Assembly (NCBI GenBank): GCA_020184695.1 | Contig: JAANOX010000201.1 | Span: 13,718-77,717 of the forward strand | Length of the DNA stretch: 64,000 bases | Origin: Histomonas meleagridis 2922-C6/04-290x | Lineage: Eukaryota > Protista > Parabasalia | Direction of reading: 5' to 3' | In this document: piece after piece, positions 43,301 through 53,584 of the stretch | Position numbering within the stretch: position 1 is the first letter of the stretch | Layout: every line of letters begins with the position of its first letter | Program-made: the position numbers and the translations under genes | The notes under the pieces: model-generated | Seen by the model: only the letters and a program-made list of their open reading frames with translations | What the model was told of the DNA's origin: nothing | Database searches by the model: none

Positions 43301-46290
43301 AAATTTGCACATTGATAAAATGCTTTCGAACTTAAAGTTGCTAAATTACTTGGTAAAATTATTATTTTTATGCTATTACATTCATAAAATGCATTCTGCC
43401 CAATAGTTAAAAGTGAATTAGGAAATGTAATTTCTGATAATTGTGTACATCTATAAAATGCAGATGAAGAAATTGTAGTTAAACTATCACCAAATGAAAC
43501 AGATTTTAATAAATCACAACCAGAAAATGCAGATGAATCAATTATTGTTAAATTGTTGCCAAACTTCATTGTTTCTAATGAATCACAATCAGAAAATGCA
43601 TATTGACCAATGGAACTAACTGAATTTGGCAATATAATATTCTTTAAATTCTTACATAAATCAAATAAAAATGATTCAATTGTTATAACATTGCCTTTAA
43701 TTTCGACACTAATTAAGGAATTAAATGATTTAAATGTGGAGGATTTAATAGAAGTGATACCTTTACCTAATGTCAAATATTTTAATGATGTTGAACATCC
43801 TGAAAATACATTTGCTTTTATTTCAGTAACACCATCACCTGAATTAAATGTAGTTAAAGAAGTACATTGATAAAACACATTATCCCCAATTGTTGTGAGT
43901 GAATTTGGAAATATTACTTCTGAAAGACTTTCACAATTCCTAAATGCATATTGTCCAATACTTTTAAGTCCTTCCGTAAAGTTAAGTTTAGTTAATTTAT
44001 TACAATATGAAAATGAATAATCTTCAATTGTTTTAACATAACTTGATAAATTAATATTTGTTAATGATTCGCAATAAGAAAATGCATTTTGTGGTATCGT
44101 TTCTGCTTTTAATATTGTAATTGTTGTTAATTTTTTACAACCTCCAAATACATCTGTGCCAAAAGTTGTTATATTTGATTTAATTGTTAACGCAGTTAAA
44201 TATGTACATTGATAAAATGCTTTATAATCTAAAGTTGCTAAATTATTTGGTAAAATAATCATATTGATATTATCACAATAACTAAAAGCATATTGTTCAA
44301 TAGTTAAAAGTGAATTTGGAAATGTAATTTCTGATAATTGTGTACATTTGTAAAATGCATATGAAGAAATTGTAATTAAATTATCGCTAAGTGAAATTGA
44401 TTTCAATGATTGACAATTAGAGAATCCGGAAGTTTTAATATTTGTTATAGAATTTGGTAATGTTACCTTCTCTAAGTTAATACAAGAATCAAACAAAGAT
44501 AATGAAATTGATGTAACTTCTCCTTTAATTTCGACACTAACTAAAGAAGAATATGATTTAAATAAATTATTTCCAATTGTAGTTATACCTTTACCTATTG
44601 TCACATATTTTAATGAATTACAATTTGTAAGTAAATATGAATTTAATTCTGTAATGCCATCACCTGTATTAAATGTAATCATAGAAGAACATTGATAAAA
44701 TGAATAACTTCCTAATGTTTTAACTGAATTCGGTATTATTACTTCTAAAAGACTTTCACAATTTCTAAATGAACTTGATTCAATTGTTTCAATTATTTCG
44801 TTGAAATTAATTTTTGTTAATTTTGAACAATATGAAAACGAATTATCTCCAATTGATTTAATCGTATTTGGAAATCTTATAGTTTCTAATGAAATGCATG
44901 AAGAAAATGTATATGAAGGAATAGTTATTAATTTCGTTAATGTTATTGATGTTAAACTATCGCAATAACGAAATACTTCTGTTCCAAATGATGTAATTTC
45001 CGAATTTATTGTTAATTTCGTTAATCCTTTATTAGAATAAAATGCTTTGTTACCTATAACAATATTATTTGATATAATTATTTCGTTTATATTACATTCA
45101 TAAAACGCGTTTTGTTCAATCGTCTTAAGTGTATTTGGAAATGTAATTTCTGATAATTGTGAGCAACCAGAAAATGAATATGAAGAAATTGTCGCAATAT
45201 TTTCATTAGTGACAACTGTCTTCAAATTTTTACATCCAAAAAATGAATATGATTCAATTGTCTTAACTTTTAACCCAATGATAACTTTGCTTAATACTGT
45301 ACATTCACGAAATGAATTTTGTGGGATCGTAATAAGTAAATCGGGAATTGTAACGCTTTGTAAACTTGTACATTGTGCAAATGCATATTGTTCCATTAAT
45401 GTTAAGTCTCTTCCTAAATTTAATGTTTTTAATGATTCGCAATAACGAAATGCGGAATTTCCAATCGATATAATTTTGTCAGGAATTGAAATAGAGACCA
45501 AACTTGTGCATTGATAGAATGCTTGTGTCTTAATAAAGTTTAATGAACTTTCGATGCTAAAGAGGACAGTTGTTAACTTAGAACAGTATCTAAATGCTGA
45601 CGATTCAATTGATGTAACTAAATTCGGAATTTCAACCGATTGAAGGGAATCACATCGTTGAAATGAATACTCTCCGATTGATGTGACCGTGTTGGGAAGA
45701 GTTATACTAATTAATGAAGTGCATTGTTCAAATGCACTAACTCCAATTGATTTTGATTTACATTCAATTGTTGCAGATTCTAAAGAAGTACATTGATAAA
45801 AAAGTTTTTCCCCAATACTTTCAACATTTGGACCTAAAACGGCAGTTGACAGAGAAGTGCATTCAGAGAAAACACTGATTCCAAGTATTGTAACAGATTG
45901 AGGAAGGGAAATTCCAGTTAAAAGTGGGCACAAATTAAAGGCACGATTACCAATGGTTTGTAAACTTTTGCCACTCGAAAATATGACAGTTTCTAACATT
46001 GAGCATGAAGAAAAAGCATAAGAGCTTATTTCAGTCAGTGAATCACCAATTGTAACTTTAGTCAAAATAGACCAACCACTAAATGCGCTAGATCCAATTG
46101 TGTTAACACCTTCTCCTATATTGACATATCTGATTGTTTCTTTGATTGAAGAATAATCAGTTTTTGAAACAGTTTCCTTATTTACGATATCAAGTGTATC
46201 AGAACATTTGATAATGAAAGGAAATATTGATGTTAGGAGAAGAAAGCCCAAAGTGGTGCTCATTGGGATTGCTGGCATAAATAACTTCAT
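40387..46290 (-). CDS. large BspA-like TpLRR surface protein (type I membrane)
   Basis: TTLGFLLLTSIFP signal-like segment paralogous to the 29696 gene; many TpLRR repeats; Ser-rich stalk; TM ITIVIVIVIVIVVVVFVVVIYI; NPY tail. Start may be 46290, 46278 or 46263. Confidence 0.95.
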   Translation of the reverse strand: MKLFMPAIPMSTTLGFLLLTSIFPFIIKCSDTLDIVNKETVSKTDYSSIKETIRYVNIGEGVNTIGSSAFSGWSILTKVTIGDSLTEISSYAFSSCSMLETVIFSSGKSLQTIGNRAFNLCPLLTGISLPQSVTILGISVFSECTSLSTAVLGPNVESIGEKLFYQCTSLESATIECKSKSIGVSAFEQCTSLISITLPNTVTSIGEYSFQRCDSLQSVEIPNLVTSIESSAFRYCSKLTTVLFSIESSLNFIKTQAFYQCTSLVSISIPDKIISIGNSAFRYCESLKTLNLGRDLTLMEQYAFAQCTSLQSVTIPDLLITIPQNSFRECTVLSKVIIGLKVKTIESYSFFGCKNLKTVVTNENIATISSYSFSGCSQLSEITFPNTLKTIEQNAFYECNINEIIISNNIVIGNKAFYSNKGLTKLTINSEITSFGTEVFRYCDSLTSITLTKLITIPSYTFSSCISLETIRFPNTIKSIGDNSFSYCSKLTKINFNEIIETIESSSFRNCESLLEVIIPNSVKTLGSYSFYQCSSMITFNTGDGITELNSYLLTNCNSLKYVTIGKGITTIGNNLFKSYSSLVSVEIKGEVTSISLSLFDSCINLEKVTLPNSITNIKTSGFSNCQSLKSISLSDNLITISSYAFYKCTQLSEITFPNSLLTIEQYAFSYCDNINMIILPNNLATLDYKAFYQCTYLTALTIKSNITTFGTDVFGGCKKLTTITILKAETIPQNAFSYCESLTNINLSSYVKTIEDYSFSYCNKLTKLNFTEGLKSIGQYAFRNCESLSEVIFPNSLTTIGDNVFYQCTSLTTFNSGDGVTEIKANVFSGCSTSLKYLTLGKGITSIKSSTFKSFNSLISVEIKGNVITIESFLFDLCKNLKNIILPNSVSSIGQYAFSDCDSLETMKFGNNLTIIDSSAFSGCDLLKSVSFGDSLTTISSSAFYRCTQLSEITFPNSLLTIGQNAFYECNSIKIIILPSNLATLSSKAFYQCANLTALTIKSNITTFGTDVFGGCKKLTTITILKAETIPQNAFSYCESLTNINLSSYVKTIEDYSFSYCNKLTKLNFTEGLESIGRYAFQHCEILSEVILPNSLTTIGDNVFYQCLAIDTIVFGDGVTKLSTSIFPSSTKSLKYLTLGKGITTIGSSALKSFESLIRVEIKGNVTEIGSSAFQYCSNLKDITLPNSVKYINSLAFADCVSLEAMHFGNNIITIGESSFSYCTKLSRISFSEGLKTIEQYAFSRCILTEVIFPNSLTTIGENVFYQCLAIDTIVFGDGVTKLSTSIFPSSTKSLKYLTLGKGITTIGSSALKSFESLIRVEIKGNVTEIGSLAFQYCSNLKDITLPNSVSSIGSFAFSECESLTTMKFGNNLKLIDSYAFSNCIKLSHIIFSEGLETIGQYAFSGCIITELVLPNSLKTINNYAFYKCKYITSLTIGDNIKQFNTYSLSGCEKITKLIIGKSLQYLTNTQINSFTYLNNLIIKNLDEISTKQFYECKYIKYVTLPDSVTTINSYAFAYCSSLESIKFGNNILTIGKYAFYNANLIEIEIPEPSNNYSVITINNYSFAYNYNLISFKFSNSLYNLGDNIFRRCNKLKSIALPNSLTTIPLNTFYECYNLNNVIFGNNIETIGDYAFYKSLIFNIIIPNSVKTLGNAVFSECTSLTNVTFGSNIETIGDYAFYKSSITNVIIPNSVKALGNAVFSGCSSLINITIGSGTYSLPPHAFSNCSSLVEIYIPSNILTIGNYSFSKCSSLVTVNISENVYSIYDNSFGNCDSLNCIYYFGLNEPHYIGTNAFLNVKTNQVIVNESYNGDHFGTLKVIKGFEECDETTAEDSSSQSSSSATITIVIVIVIVIVVVVFVVVIYIRRKRMKLQMQKNIPLQDSLFDSNNNNNANGGTAQQNVNDVKLFPQNQQIDVPESKTIPQQPNQLFEENPYQLYHQNYEADVNPYASLEQNYGNNPAYYL
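41181..41450. repeat. 135-bp-period tandem duplication inside the BspA gene
   Basis: aacactgcattaccaagtg...caccaattgtttcgatgtta occurs at 41181 and 41316. Confidence 0.85.
42238..43023. repeat. about 300-bp near-identical duplication at 483-bp period inside the BspA gene
   Basis: 42238-42540 versus 42721-43023, encoding DTIVFGDGVTKLSTSIFPSSTKSLKYLTLGKGITTIGSSALKSFESLIRVEIKGNVTEIGS twice. Confidence 0.9.
43078..44190. repeat. about 215-bp apparently identical duplication at 897-bp period inside the BspA gene
   Basis: 43078-43293 versus 43975-44190, encoding ALTIKSNITTFGTDVFGGCKKLTTITILKAETIPQNAFSYCESLTNINLSSYVKTIEDYSFSYCNKLTKLNFT twice. Confidence 0.9.
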
Positions 46291-46563
46291 TCGTTTGTAA
46301 CCGTTAAAAATAATCAAAAAATTGAATTCCTCATAGAATTTTGCACATACGTAAACAACAACAATTCAATGATTATACACTTATTTACGACTTTCAAATT
46401 TGAAACAAATTTTATGACTTTTCAAATGTATTACAAACAATTACCATCGTTTTATGCTTGAAACATGTCATTTCAACACAAATAACAATATGTTCATAAG
46501 GAACGAAATAACATTTAATAAAAACATAATTTAAAAATGATAAAGAGAAAATTCATGAATGAT

Positions 46564-47287
46564 TTACTCTGATTTATTAATTTGGATTTTTTCTTCTTCC
46601 TGAATTCCTTTGTTGATGGCCGGAAATGTTAATAGGAATTTCAAGTGTAGTAAGCGCAAATGCAATCATGTTCTTAACAAACGGGCCAAATATTGGGATT
46701 TCTAGTCGGACACATCTTCCAAAGACCAAAAAGATTGACGGTGACATCAAAGTCTGTTTTGCTTGGATAGAAGAAGTTAAGAAGAATGGTGTTCTCTATC
46801 ACGCTAATGAAGTTTAGTCGTAACTCTCGACTTTACGAACATCAATCTCCCAACTTTAATCCGTTCTTCTGGTTTGTCTATTGGTTTTGCCTTGAAGATT
46901 TGAAAGTTTCTCAATATCAAAAGAAAACATCCATCTTCCCAACTAACTGTCACATAGAATTGGTGGTTTACCTTCTTCTCAAGTGTTGAAACTGGTGATA
47001 TTTTTGACATCTTCACCAATTGTTCGAAGTGAAAAGTTGAAGTCTGGTCCTAACGATTTGCTAACTTCTTCATTAATATATTTAACTGCTAAATCTGTTC
47101 GGAAATGTGTAAGAATTCGTGACAAAAGTGTATTAATCCATGTAGTACTTTCAACTTTAGCTTTCGAAAGATCAACAAGTAGTTGATTTTGTTTTTCAAG
47201 TTTATCAAAATAATAGAATAACATAAAGAGAATAAAGATAAGAATAGCAACAAGTGTAAAAACAAATCCGTTGTAAAAAGCTCCCAT
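46564..47287 (-). pseudogene. frameshifted copy of the SMP-like gene
   Basis: 724 nt versus 717 nt in copy 1; multiple 1-2 nt insertions between 46620 and 47000; could be consensus error. Confidence 0.8.
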
Positions 47288-47427
47288 TTAGTTCTTCTGT
47301 TCCTTTTTTCTTTTCTTTCCTTTTTTGACAACTTTTGTTAGGTTTATTTCTCATATTTTTCATTAACGTATTTCTCTTCTTTTTTATTTATTTTTTTAAT
47401 TTTTTTTTTCTTTAAATTTTATTTGTT

Positions 47428-47875
47428 ATGACATTAAAACTTCCTAAAAGTAAAAAATTTCCACGTAAAATTCCAAAAGAAGAAATTCAAGAGAAAGTTA
47501 ATGAAGAAATGAAACAAAAAGGAACGAGTAATTATTTTCAAGCAAAACTTTATCACAAAATGACGAAAGAAGTTATTGGTTCTAAAGAACATAAATTTTG
47601 TACATTACAATCAAAACCTAAAGAATCAGAAGAAGAATCATGGCTTCAAGCTTACGAGTTTGTTTATGACTTTCTTCAAAAACATGATATGAAATTAACA
47701 CTTAAAACTATTGATTATGAATTTTATGAAGGGAATCAACCTATTCTTGTTCATACATTTGAAAATTTTTCACGTGAAGAATATTTTAAAGAACTTCAAA
47801 ATATATCCAAAACACTTGAAGAACATTCATTTCAAGAACGTGTTAAAGTATTTTTCAACATTAGAAGGACTTTAA
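47428..47875 (+). CDS. second copy of the LisH/FOP-N-like gene (+1 near the 3' end)
   Basis: Intact 5' end MTLKLPKSK; an extra T at about 47855 alters the last residues. Confidence 0.6.
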
Positions 47876-48021
47876 TAAATGTATATTTCTCAAATTAAAT
47901 TCATTTCATTTTTTTTTCTTCGTTTTTCATTTTAAACGTTCACGTATACAAATTTAAGTCAACACAGAAATTTGTTGCCAAAATAAAGAAAGAAATCCAA
48001 CAACAAAATCCAGCAAACCAA

Positions 48022-48706
48022 ATGAATCTTCAAGAATTTCGAGAAAAAGGTGATATCTATTCTAATCGGAAAGATACCATTAGTATTCGTCATAAGTTGG
48101 AAGAGTTTGTTGATGAACGTTATTGGAGTCTTTTATCACGTTTTTTACATGGTATGTGTGCAAAATCGACGTATGATTCAGAAATCAAAGAAAAATTACA
48201 CAATGATACTGCCAAGTTTTTACATAATGAATTACTTCGTTCGATTCTTTTTAATGCCCATTTTTCACGAATCCCACCACCAGGCATCAACATTCCACGG
48301 AAACAACGAAAACATCAAATTAAACATGAAGCACCAAGTACTAATAATTCTTCGACAGAAAACACGAAAAATCAAAAATGTTTAATACATTTTCTGCATC
48401 AGATTTTCATCACATTCAATCGATTAATCAGTTATCACAACGAATGAGTATTATTACGAATGAAAAAGTTAAATCGTTTGATTCCAAATCAGTTGGAATT
48501 ATTCTTTCAGCACTAAAATTGTTTTTTTAAAACGTATCTTAAAAAGCACATATGAACTTAAAATTCTCGAAAACCCGACAGATGCGCCCACAGTTCTTAC
48601 AGTTGAACAAGTTTTACATGCTGTGAAATCAGATCCAATTCTTTCAGATTTCATTTCTCCTTTTTTATTTACGAAATATTCGAATCAAAGTTTTAATGAT
48701 CATTAA
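48022..48706 (+). pseudogene. TADA1: frameshifted copy of the ADA1-like gene
   Basis: 685 versus 681 nt; extra bases in A/T runs at about 48370, 48375 and 48525. Confidence 0.75.
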
Positions 48707-48984
48707 ATTATGTTTTGTAATTCAATAGAATAATTATTAATTAATAAAATGTTATAATTTTTTTTTTATTTTTATTTTTATTATTTTTTGTTTTGATGAA
48801 TGAATGATTAACATTATGTTACATAATTTAAATAAATTTTTAATAAAGAAAAAAGATGAAGAGAGGTTTTGTTTAAAATGATTTCATAATACACATCTTC
48901 AAATAAAATAAAAATAATGAGTTTTCATAATGTTTCATCTCCATAAAATTAAATCAATAAAAATTATTCAATTCAATCATTATT

Positions 48985-49506
48985 ATGCAAACAAGAGGTT
49001 CAGAACAACAAACAATTAGAGAATCAACAAGAATAGCGACAATCAAATCAAAACAAAATCAAAAACGAAAGGAAAAAGAAAATTTAAATAAAAAGAAAGG
49101 AAGGAACAATGAAATAAAAAAGAAAAGAATCACATATAAAATAGGCGATTATGAAAAATTAATAGCAGAAGCAATTAAAAAAAAAAAACGAAAGAAAATG
49201 AATATGTTAGTTATCATAAGATCAACAAATATCTTCATGATTATAAAGAAAAACAGGATCTCAACATATTATTACCAAACGAACGAAATATTTTTAGGGA
49301 AACTTTTAAATAAGAATCTTATTAAATCTAAAAAAGATTCATATGCATTTACAAAACTTGGATTAGAAATTTTTTCACCCGAAATAAGTGCAAGAAAGAA
49401 ATTAGAAGGAGGAAACATTCAAATACCAAATCAAATTGAAACACAACAAAGAAAATATTTCACTACATTATCAGGTCGAATTTCGCGTCAAGTAATTTTT
49501 GATTAA
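48985..49506 (+). CDS. second copy of the H1-like gene with local compensating frameshifts
   Basis: Same length as copy 1, but 49175-49255 is out of frame (TTTTCAC replaced by an A run, extra A's at about 49250). Confidence 0.6.
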   Translation: MQTRGSEQQTIRESTRIATIKSKQNQKRKEKENLNKKKGRNNEIKKKRITYKIGDYEKLIAEAIKKKKRKKMNMLVIIRSTNIFMIIKKNRISTYYYQTNEIFLGKLLNKNLIKSKKDSYAFTKLGLEIFSPEISARKKLEGGNIQIPNQIETQQRKYFTTLSGRISRQVIFD

Positions 49507-49695
49507 TATTTTTTAATATTATTTTTGATTTTATTTATTATTACCAAAATACTCATCAAGAGAAAAATAATGGGAAATAAGTAGATAATAATACAAAAGG
49601 AGTATTTATAGCATCGAAGTTGTATAAAATCATTAATATAAAATGTATTCAACACATAACATTTATTTATTTGGAGTTATATACAACAGAATTAA

Positions 49696-51414
49696 TTATT
49701 CATCAATTTGTTGAGGAGATATCATTCCTTCATTATTCGATTTATGCCTACCCAAAAGAGGTATAAGTTCCATGTCGACTGATGATGTATCACTTTCATT
49801 AATATAATAAACATCAGTTTTTTCAATCTTTTTCTTACGGCAAACGCAAATTATAATAATAACAATCACAATCAAAATAATAACTATAATAACTATAATT
49901 ATCGGAAGAATTGTTCCCATGAAAACACTCGTTCCACTTGAAGTTATCTGCGTTGAGTTATCTGAATATGATATATTAATTTCCGTTTCGGACAACTCTG
50001 TTAACTCTGATGTTTCTTCAGATATTGTTATTGATGTTAATTCACTTTGTGAAATTACTTCTGTTGTTGCTTCGATTTGCGAAGATATTTCAGTTTGTGA
50101 TATTACAGGACTTGAAGTAGTTTCTGTTGTTACTTCTGAACTCGATGTAATTTCAGATAATATCTCAGAACTTGAAGTTGTTTCTGTTGATGCTTCAGAG
50201 CTTGAAATTATTTCTGAGCTTGAAGTTGTTTCTGATGTTACTTCGGAACTCGAAGTTATTACTGTTGATTCATCAATAGTTGAAGTTGTTTTCTCAATAG
50301 TTTCTTCAGTTGTTATAGGGGTATCAGTCGGTATAGATGTTGGCGTTTGCAAAACTCCATAGCTGAATAAAAATCCGTCCAAATGACATTGTTTATTTTG
50401 CGTTTCATTGAATGCTACATAATAATATGGAAGATCAGCATCCATATCATAAAATGTTTGGAATAAGAAAGTGTTCTCAAAGTTTTCAGGAAATGTAAGC
50501 TTGTCTACAATGAGCTCATTTCCTTTTGTTTGCCCAAACACAAGATAAAATATGTTTCCAACATCAGTTGTTGGAGTAGCTGATGAAAAGCAACAATTAT
50601 TAATTGAAGTTCGTCCTGATAATGAATAAAGACAAATATAGTAATGGACTGTGCCAGAAGTGAACGTTGGATCAACAATTGTTGAATATGTTATTTCGCC
50701 TTTGGAATCTCGAATGTTAAGTATTGAAGACCCACTTGCTGACGTATCTATTGAGCGATTGACACATAAATTTTTAATTTCATAATAAGAATAATATAAT
50801 GTGATGGTACCTCCAGCTTCTTCTGAAGATGTACATTCTTCTGTATAGCAATTTGATAAATAAAGATTACATTGTGTGATCCATAATGCTGAACCTTGTG
50901 TCGCAGTACATCTAATAAACCTACAAGAGGTAAATGTAACACTATTTATCCCATTTAAATAAACAGAACCGGTTTGACTAGAAGTGATATCAGTAAAAAG
51001 ATCATTATTAAAACTACATAACCCAACAATACTTCCTTGATATTCGGTACGATCCCTGTATACTTGATTTTCAGAATTAATATTGATGGAATTAGTTTTG
51101 ATAACTGAATCTAAATAATTCTTAAATTGTGAATTTGAAATTTTAACTCTAGAATTGCTTGAAAAAAGAAAGGATGCGTGAATAGAATGCGTAAAATAAA
51201 GTCTTGATAACGAAATAAAATTTTGATGAAATGTAGGTGATAATATTGCAAAATAAGATGGGCCTTTAAATTTCATTCCATGAAAGTCAATTGTATAATT
51301 AAGTAATCCATTTATTGCTGTTATAGTGTTAATGAAAATCAAAAACATTGGAAAAAAACAAACGTTCATGATCCTTCGGTTCAAAAAGGAATTTAAAAGA
51401 AAGAACATCGTCAT
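49696..51414 (-). CDS. type I membrane surface protein: beta-helix-like ectodomain, Ser/Thr-rich stalk, TM
   Basis: Hydrophobic N-terminus; FTSCRFIRC, LSNCYTEEC and INNCCF beta-helix-type repeats; TTSSSEI repeats; TM ILPIIIVIIVIILIVIVIIIICVC followed by RKKK. Confidence 0.85.
   Translation of the reverse strand: MTMFFLLNSFLNRRIMNVCFFPMFLIFINTITAINGLLNYTIDFHGMKFKGPSYFAILSPTFHQNFISLSRLYFTHSIHASFLFSSNSRVKISNSQFKNYLDSVIKTNSININSENQVYRDRTEYQGSIVGLCSFNNDLFTDITSSQTGSVYLNGINSVTFTSCRFIRCTATQGSALWITQCNLYLSNCYTEECTSSEEAGGTITLYYSYYEIKNLCVNRSIDTSASGSSILNIRDSKGEITYSTIVDPTFTSGTVHYYICLYSLSGRTSINNCCFSSATPTTDVGNIFYLVFGQTKGNELIVDKLTFPENFENTFLFQTFYDMDADLPYYYVAFNETQNKQCHLDGFLFSYGVLQTPTSIPTDTPITTEETIEKTTSTIDESTVITSSSEVTSETTSSSEIISSSEASTETTSSSEILSEITSSSEVTTETTSSPVISQTEISSQIEATTEVISQSELTSITISEETSELTELSETEINISYSDNSTQITSSGTSVFMGTILPIIIVIIVIILIVIVIIIICVCRKKKIEKTDVYYINESDTSSVDMELIPLLGRHKSNNEGMISPQQIDE
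50111..50265 (-). repeat. degenerate coding tandem repeat (T/I-T-S-S-S-E-V/I) in the mucin-like stalk
   Basis: Recurrent cttgaag(t/a)...tttctg units. Confidence 0.7.
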
Positions 51415-51481
51415 AATAATTTGAGAACTTTTAAAAAAGCAATTTTTAATTTTATTTTTTATTTAATCATCGTAAACAAAG

Positions 51482-53170
51482 TCAATACCTTTCAGGTTTC
51501 ATAACCAATTTATCCAACATGTTGCTTATGACAATCCTTTGCATGTTTTCAAGGTTCTGTTTAAATAATTTTGCAATTTCAGTTGATGGAAATTCGAAAA
51601 AGTTTTCGTTAAATGAATTCGATTTTGATTTAAAGAAAACCTTATTCGACGTTTTTGATGTTTCTTTTTTATCGCAAACATAGAAGTCGGAAATTTTATA
51701 TTTTTCATCAGAAAATATAAGTTCTCCTTCATTTAATACAATTATTCGATTATTAATATCCTTAACAGGTCCTTGTTTTTCGGTGCATGTACTTGAATCG
51801 AGTATAAATCCTTGGAAATTCCCTTGAGTCAAATATTTTTGAATTTCATAAAGAATGAATATCTTTTTTTGCTCATTTGAATATTTGGGTAAATCGGCCT
51901 TTTGTGAGATGTAGTATGTCATGTCGCATCGCTGTGGCTTAATTTGCTTAAGGAAAATTGGCAATAAAACATTTGGACTCATTTTTTTTAATTCACCAAT
52001 AATTGTATTGTTTACAATGTAAACATCTGGAATTTCACTTCCGTACAAAAATTCTATGATTTTGAGAGTAAGTGCAACGGTTTCAACAGAAATTTGTTTT
52101 GTGAAAATTTGTATAACCGTTTCCTTGAAGTTGAAACCTTTTTTGGATTTGGGCTTTCTTGAACTATTGCCATAAGAATCAATCATCCCAAACTCAATGG
52201 CAGGATCTAACAAAATCAACTTGTTCTTAAGACAAAAAAGAGTTAATGAAAGAGCCATTGGTAAATCTGATTTAATTTCAAGCATAATAGGTAATTTCGA
52301 AGAAACCAATTCCATAAGCATCGAACGAGCAGGCGATTGTTCTAAATAAGAAATAGCTTTTGCTAATGTATGTAAGTTTGTTGAGCTAAGTTCAGCCCTT
52401 AGATGCTTAATGATATAATTTAGAAGTGACAAAGGAACAACATTCATTAAGTCCGCAAGAAAAAGAAATTCATCAGTATCTAAGCTCGAAATTAATGTCC
52501 GGATTCCTGATTTAGCACCACAAATAAGATCTTGTATGATCGGGTTTTTGATTAAACAAAGATTGAGAATGACCATACGAGCACCAGAAAGAACAACAGA
52601 ATCAGCATTGTAGATATGTGGGTTTGCATAAATGAAAAGTGGACACGTACCGTCGGAAAAAAGAACACTAAAATCGTCAAGGTCTTTGGCTTTCATTGAG
52701 ATTCCTTTGAGAACAGTTGAATACATTTGGAGAATTTCATCTGAAAGAGAACATTTATACATGATTAAATCATTTATTTTATTGTCAGAAAACAAATAGT
52801 TAATTTCTTCTTTTGAATTTGTACTTTGTAATAAAAAATCCCAAAATTTTAGAATTTTCAATTGACACATTTCTGATATTTTGATTTCTTTGTTATGTGA
52901 TGCTTTAAAAATTACTTTAAAGGCACTAAAACAATTGGTTTCTTTGAGTTTATTGAGTTTAGTTACAGATGAATCTGCTGAAAAAGCATACATTTCTGGG
53001 ATTTTTTCAATTTCGTTGGTAAATTTAATACAATTTTCTTCATTGAATTCGGAAATTAATGAACTTGATGCTTCTTTTAAAGGCTCAAGATCCATTTTGT
53101 CAAAAGGGAGCGGACGTTTAAATGAAAAAACAGAAAATTCGATATTTACTTTTGGTGCTGTTTTTTTCAT
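51482..53170 (-). CDS. FPL-domain protein, CLEC16A/TT9/GOP-1-like
   Basis: QLKILKFWDFLLQ...YLFSDNKINDLI...EILQMYSTVLKGIS...CPLF...DSVVLSGARMVILNL matches the FPL consensus; ATG at 53170 (track start is GTG). Confidence 0.72.
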   Translation of the reverse strand: MKKTAPKVNIEFSVFSFKRPLPFDKMDLEPLKEASSSLISEFNEENCIKFTNEIEKIPEMYAFSADSSVTKLNKLKETNCFSAFKVIFKASHNKEIKISEMCQLKILKFWDFLLQSTNSKEEINYLFSDNKINDLIMYKCSLSDEILQMYSTVLKGISMKAKDLDDFSVLFSDGTCPLFIYANPHIYNADSVVLSGARMVILNLCLIKNPIIQDLICGAKSGIRTLISSLDTDEFLFLADLMNVVPLSLLNYIIKHLRAELSSTNLHTLAKAISYLEQSPARSMLMELVSSKLPIMLEIKSDLPMALSLTLFCLKNKLILLDPAIEFGMIDSYGNSSRKPKSKKGFNFKETVIQIFTKQISVETVALTLKIIEFLYGSEIPDVYIVNNTIIGELKKMSPNVLLPIFLKQIKPQRCDMTYYISQKADLPKYSNEQKKIFILYEIQKYLTQGNFQGFILDSSTCTEKQGPVKDINNRIIVLNEGELIFSDEKYKISDFYVCDKKETSKTSNKVFFKSKSNSFNENFFEFPSTEIAKLFKQNLENMQRIVISNMLDKLVMKPERY

Positions 53171-53584
53171 TAATTCAAGCTTTTTTACAAGAACCACTCG
53201 TTTATATTCTCAATTCCACGATGGGAGTTTACTTTCTTAAGAGATTGGCATAATGTATAAATTCAAAATCTTTTATGATCTAACTAAAAATGAAAATTTA
53301 ACACATTTTTCTTCAATTTTTTTTTTTTTTTGGGTTAATGTTTTTATTAATTGTAAATGACAAGAAATTCGCATTTAGCCAAAATATGATTTCCAATCAA
53401 AAAAGTCACAAACATTTTTGGCAATACATTTGTTTGTAGATATTTAATTAAAATTTTTTTAAGAATAAAAATTTCATTATTTTGAACTGCAAAAAAGCCA
53501 TACTTCGCGACCGTTATTAATCCAAATGACAAACTTTTTGAAACAAACCGAAATTATCAACCGCCATCACCAGCCATTTAAGAA

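Larger units (their letters stand above)
46468..49632. repeat. right arm block 3, inverted copy of 23763-26914
   Basis: Direct reverse-complement comparison of the ends and of the genes. Confidence 0.95.

Noticed and set aside
29848-45445. Many short antisense ORFs over the BspA genes, and other overlapping or antisense ORFs in the track
   Set aside because: These are shadow ORFs of codon-biased repetitive genes or duplicated shadows of real genes; no motifs and frequent non-ATG starts.
40387-46290. Regularly spaced DNA repeats resembling an array (CRISPR-like)
   Set aside because: These are in-frame coding LRR repeats in a eukaryotic gene; there are no unique spacers and no cas genes.
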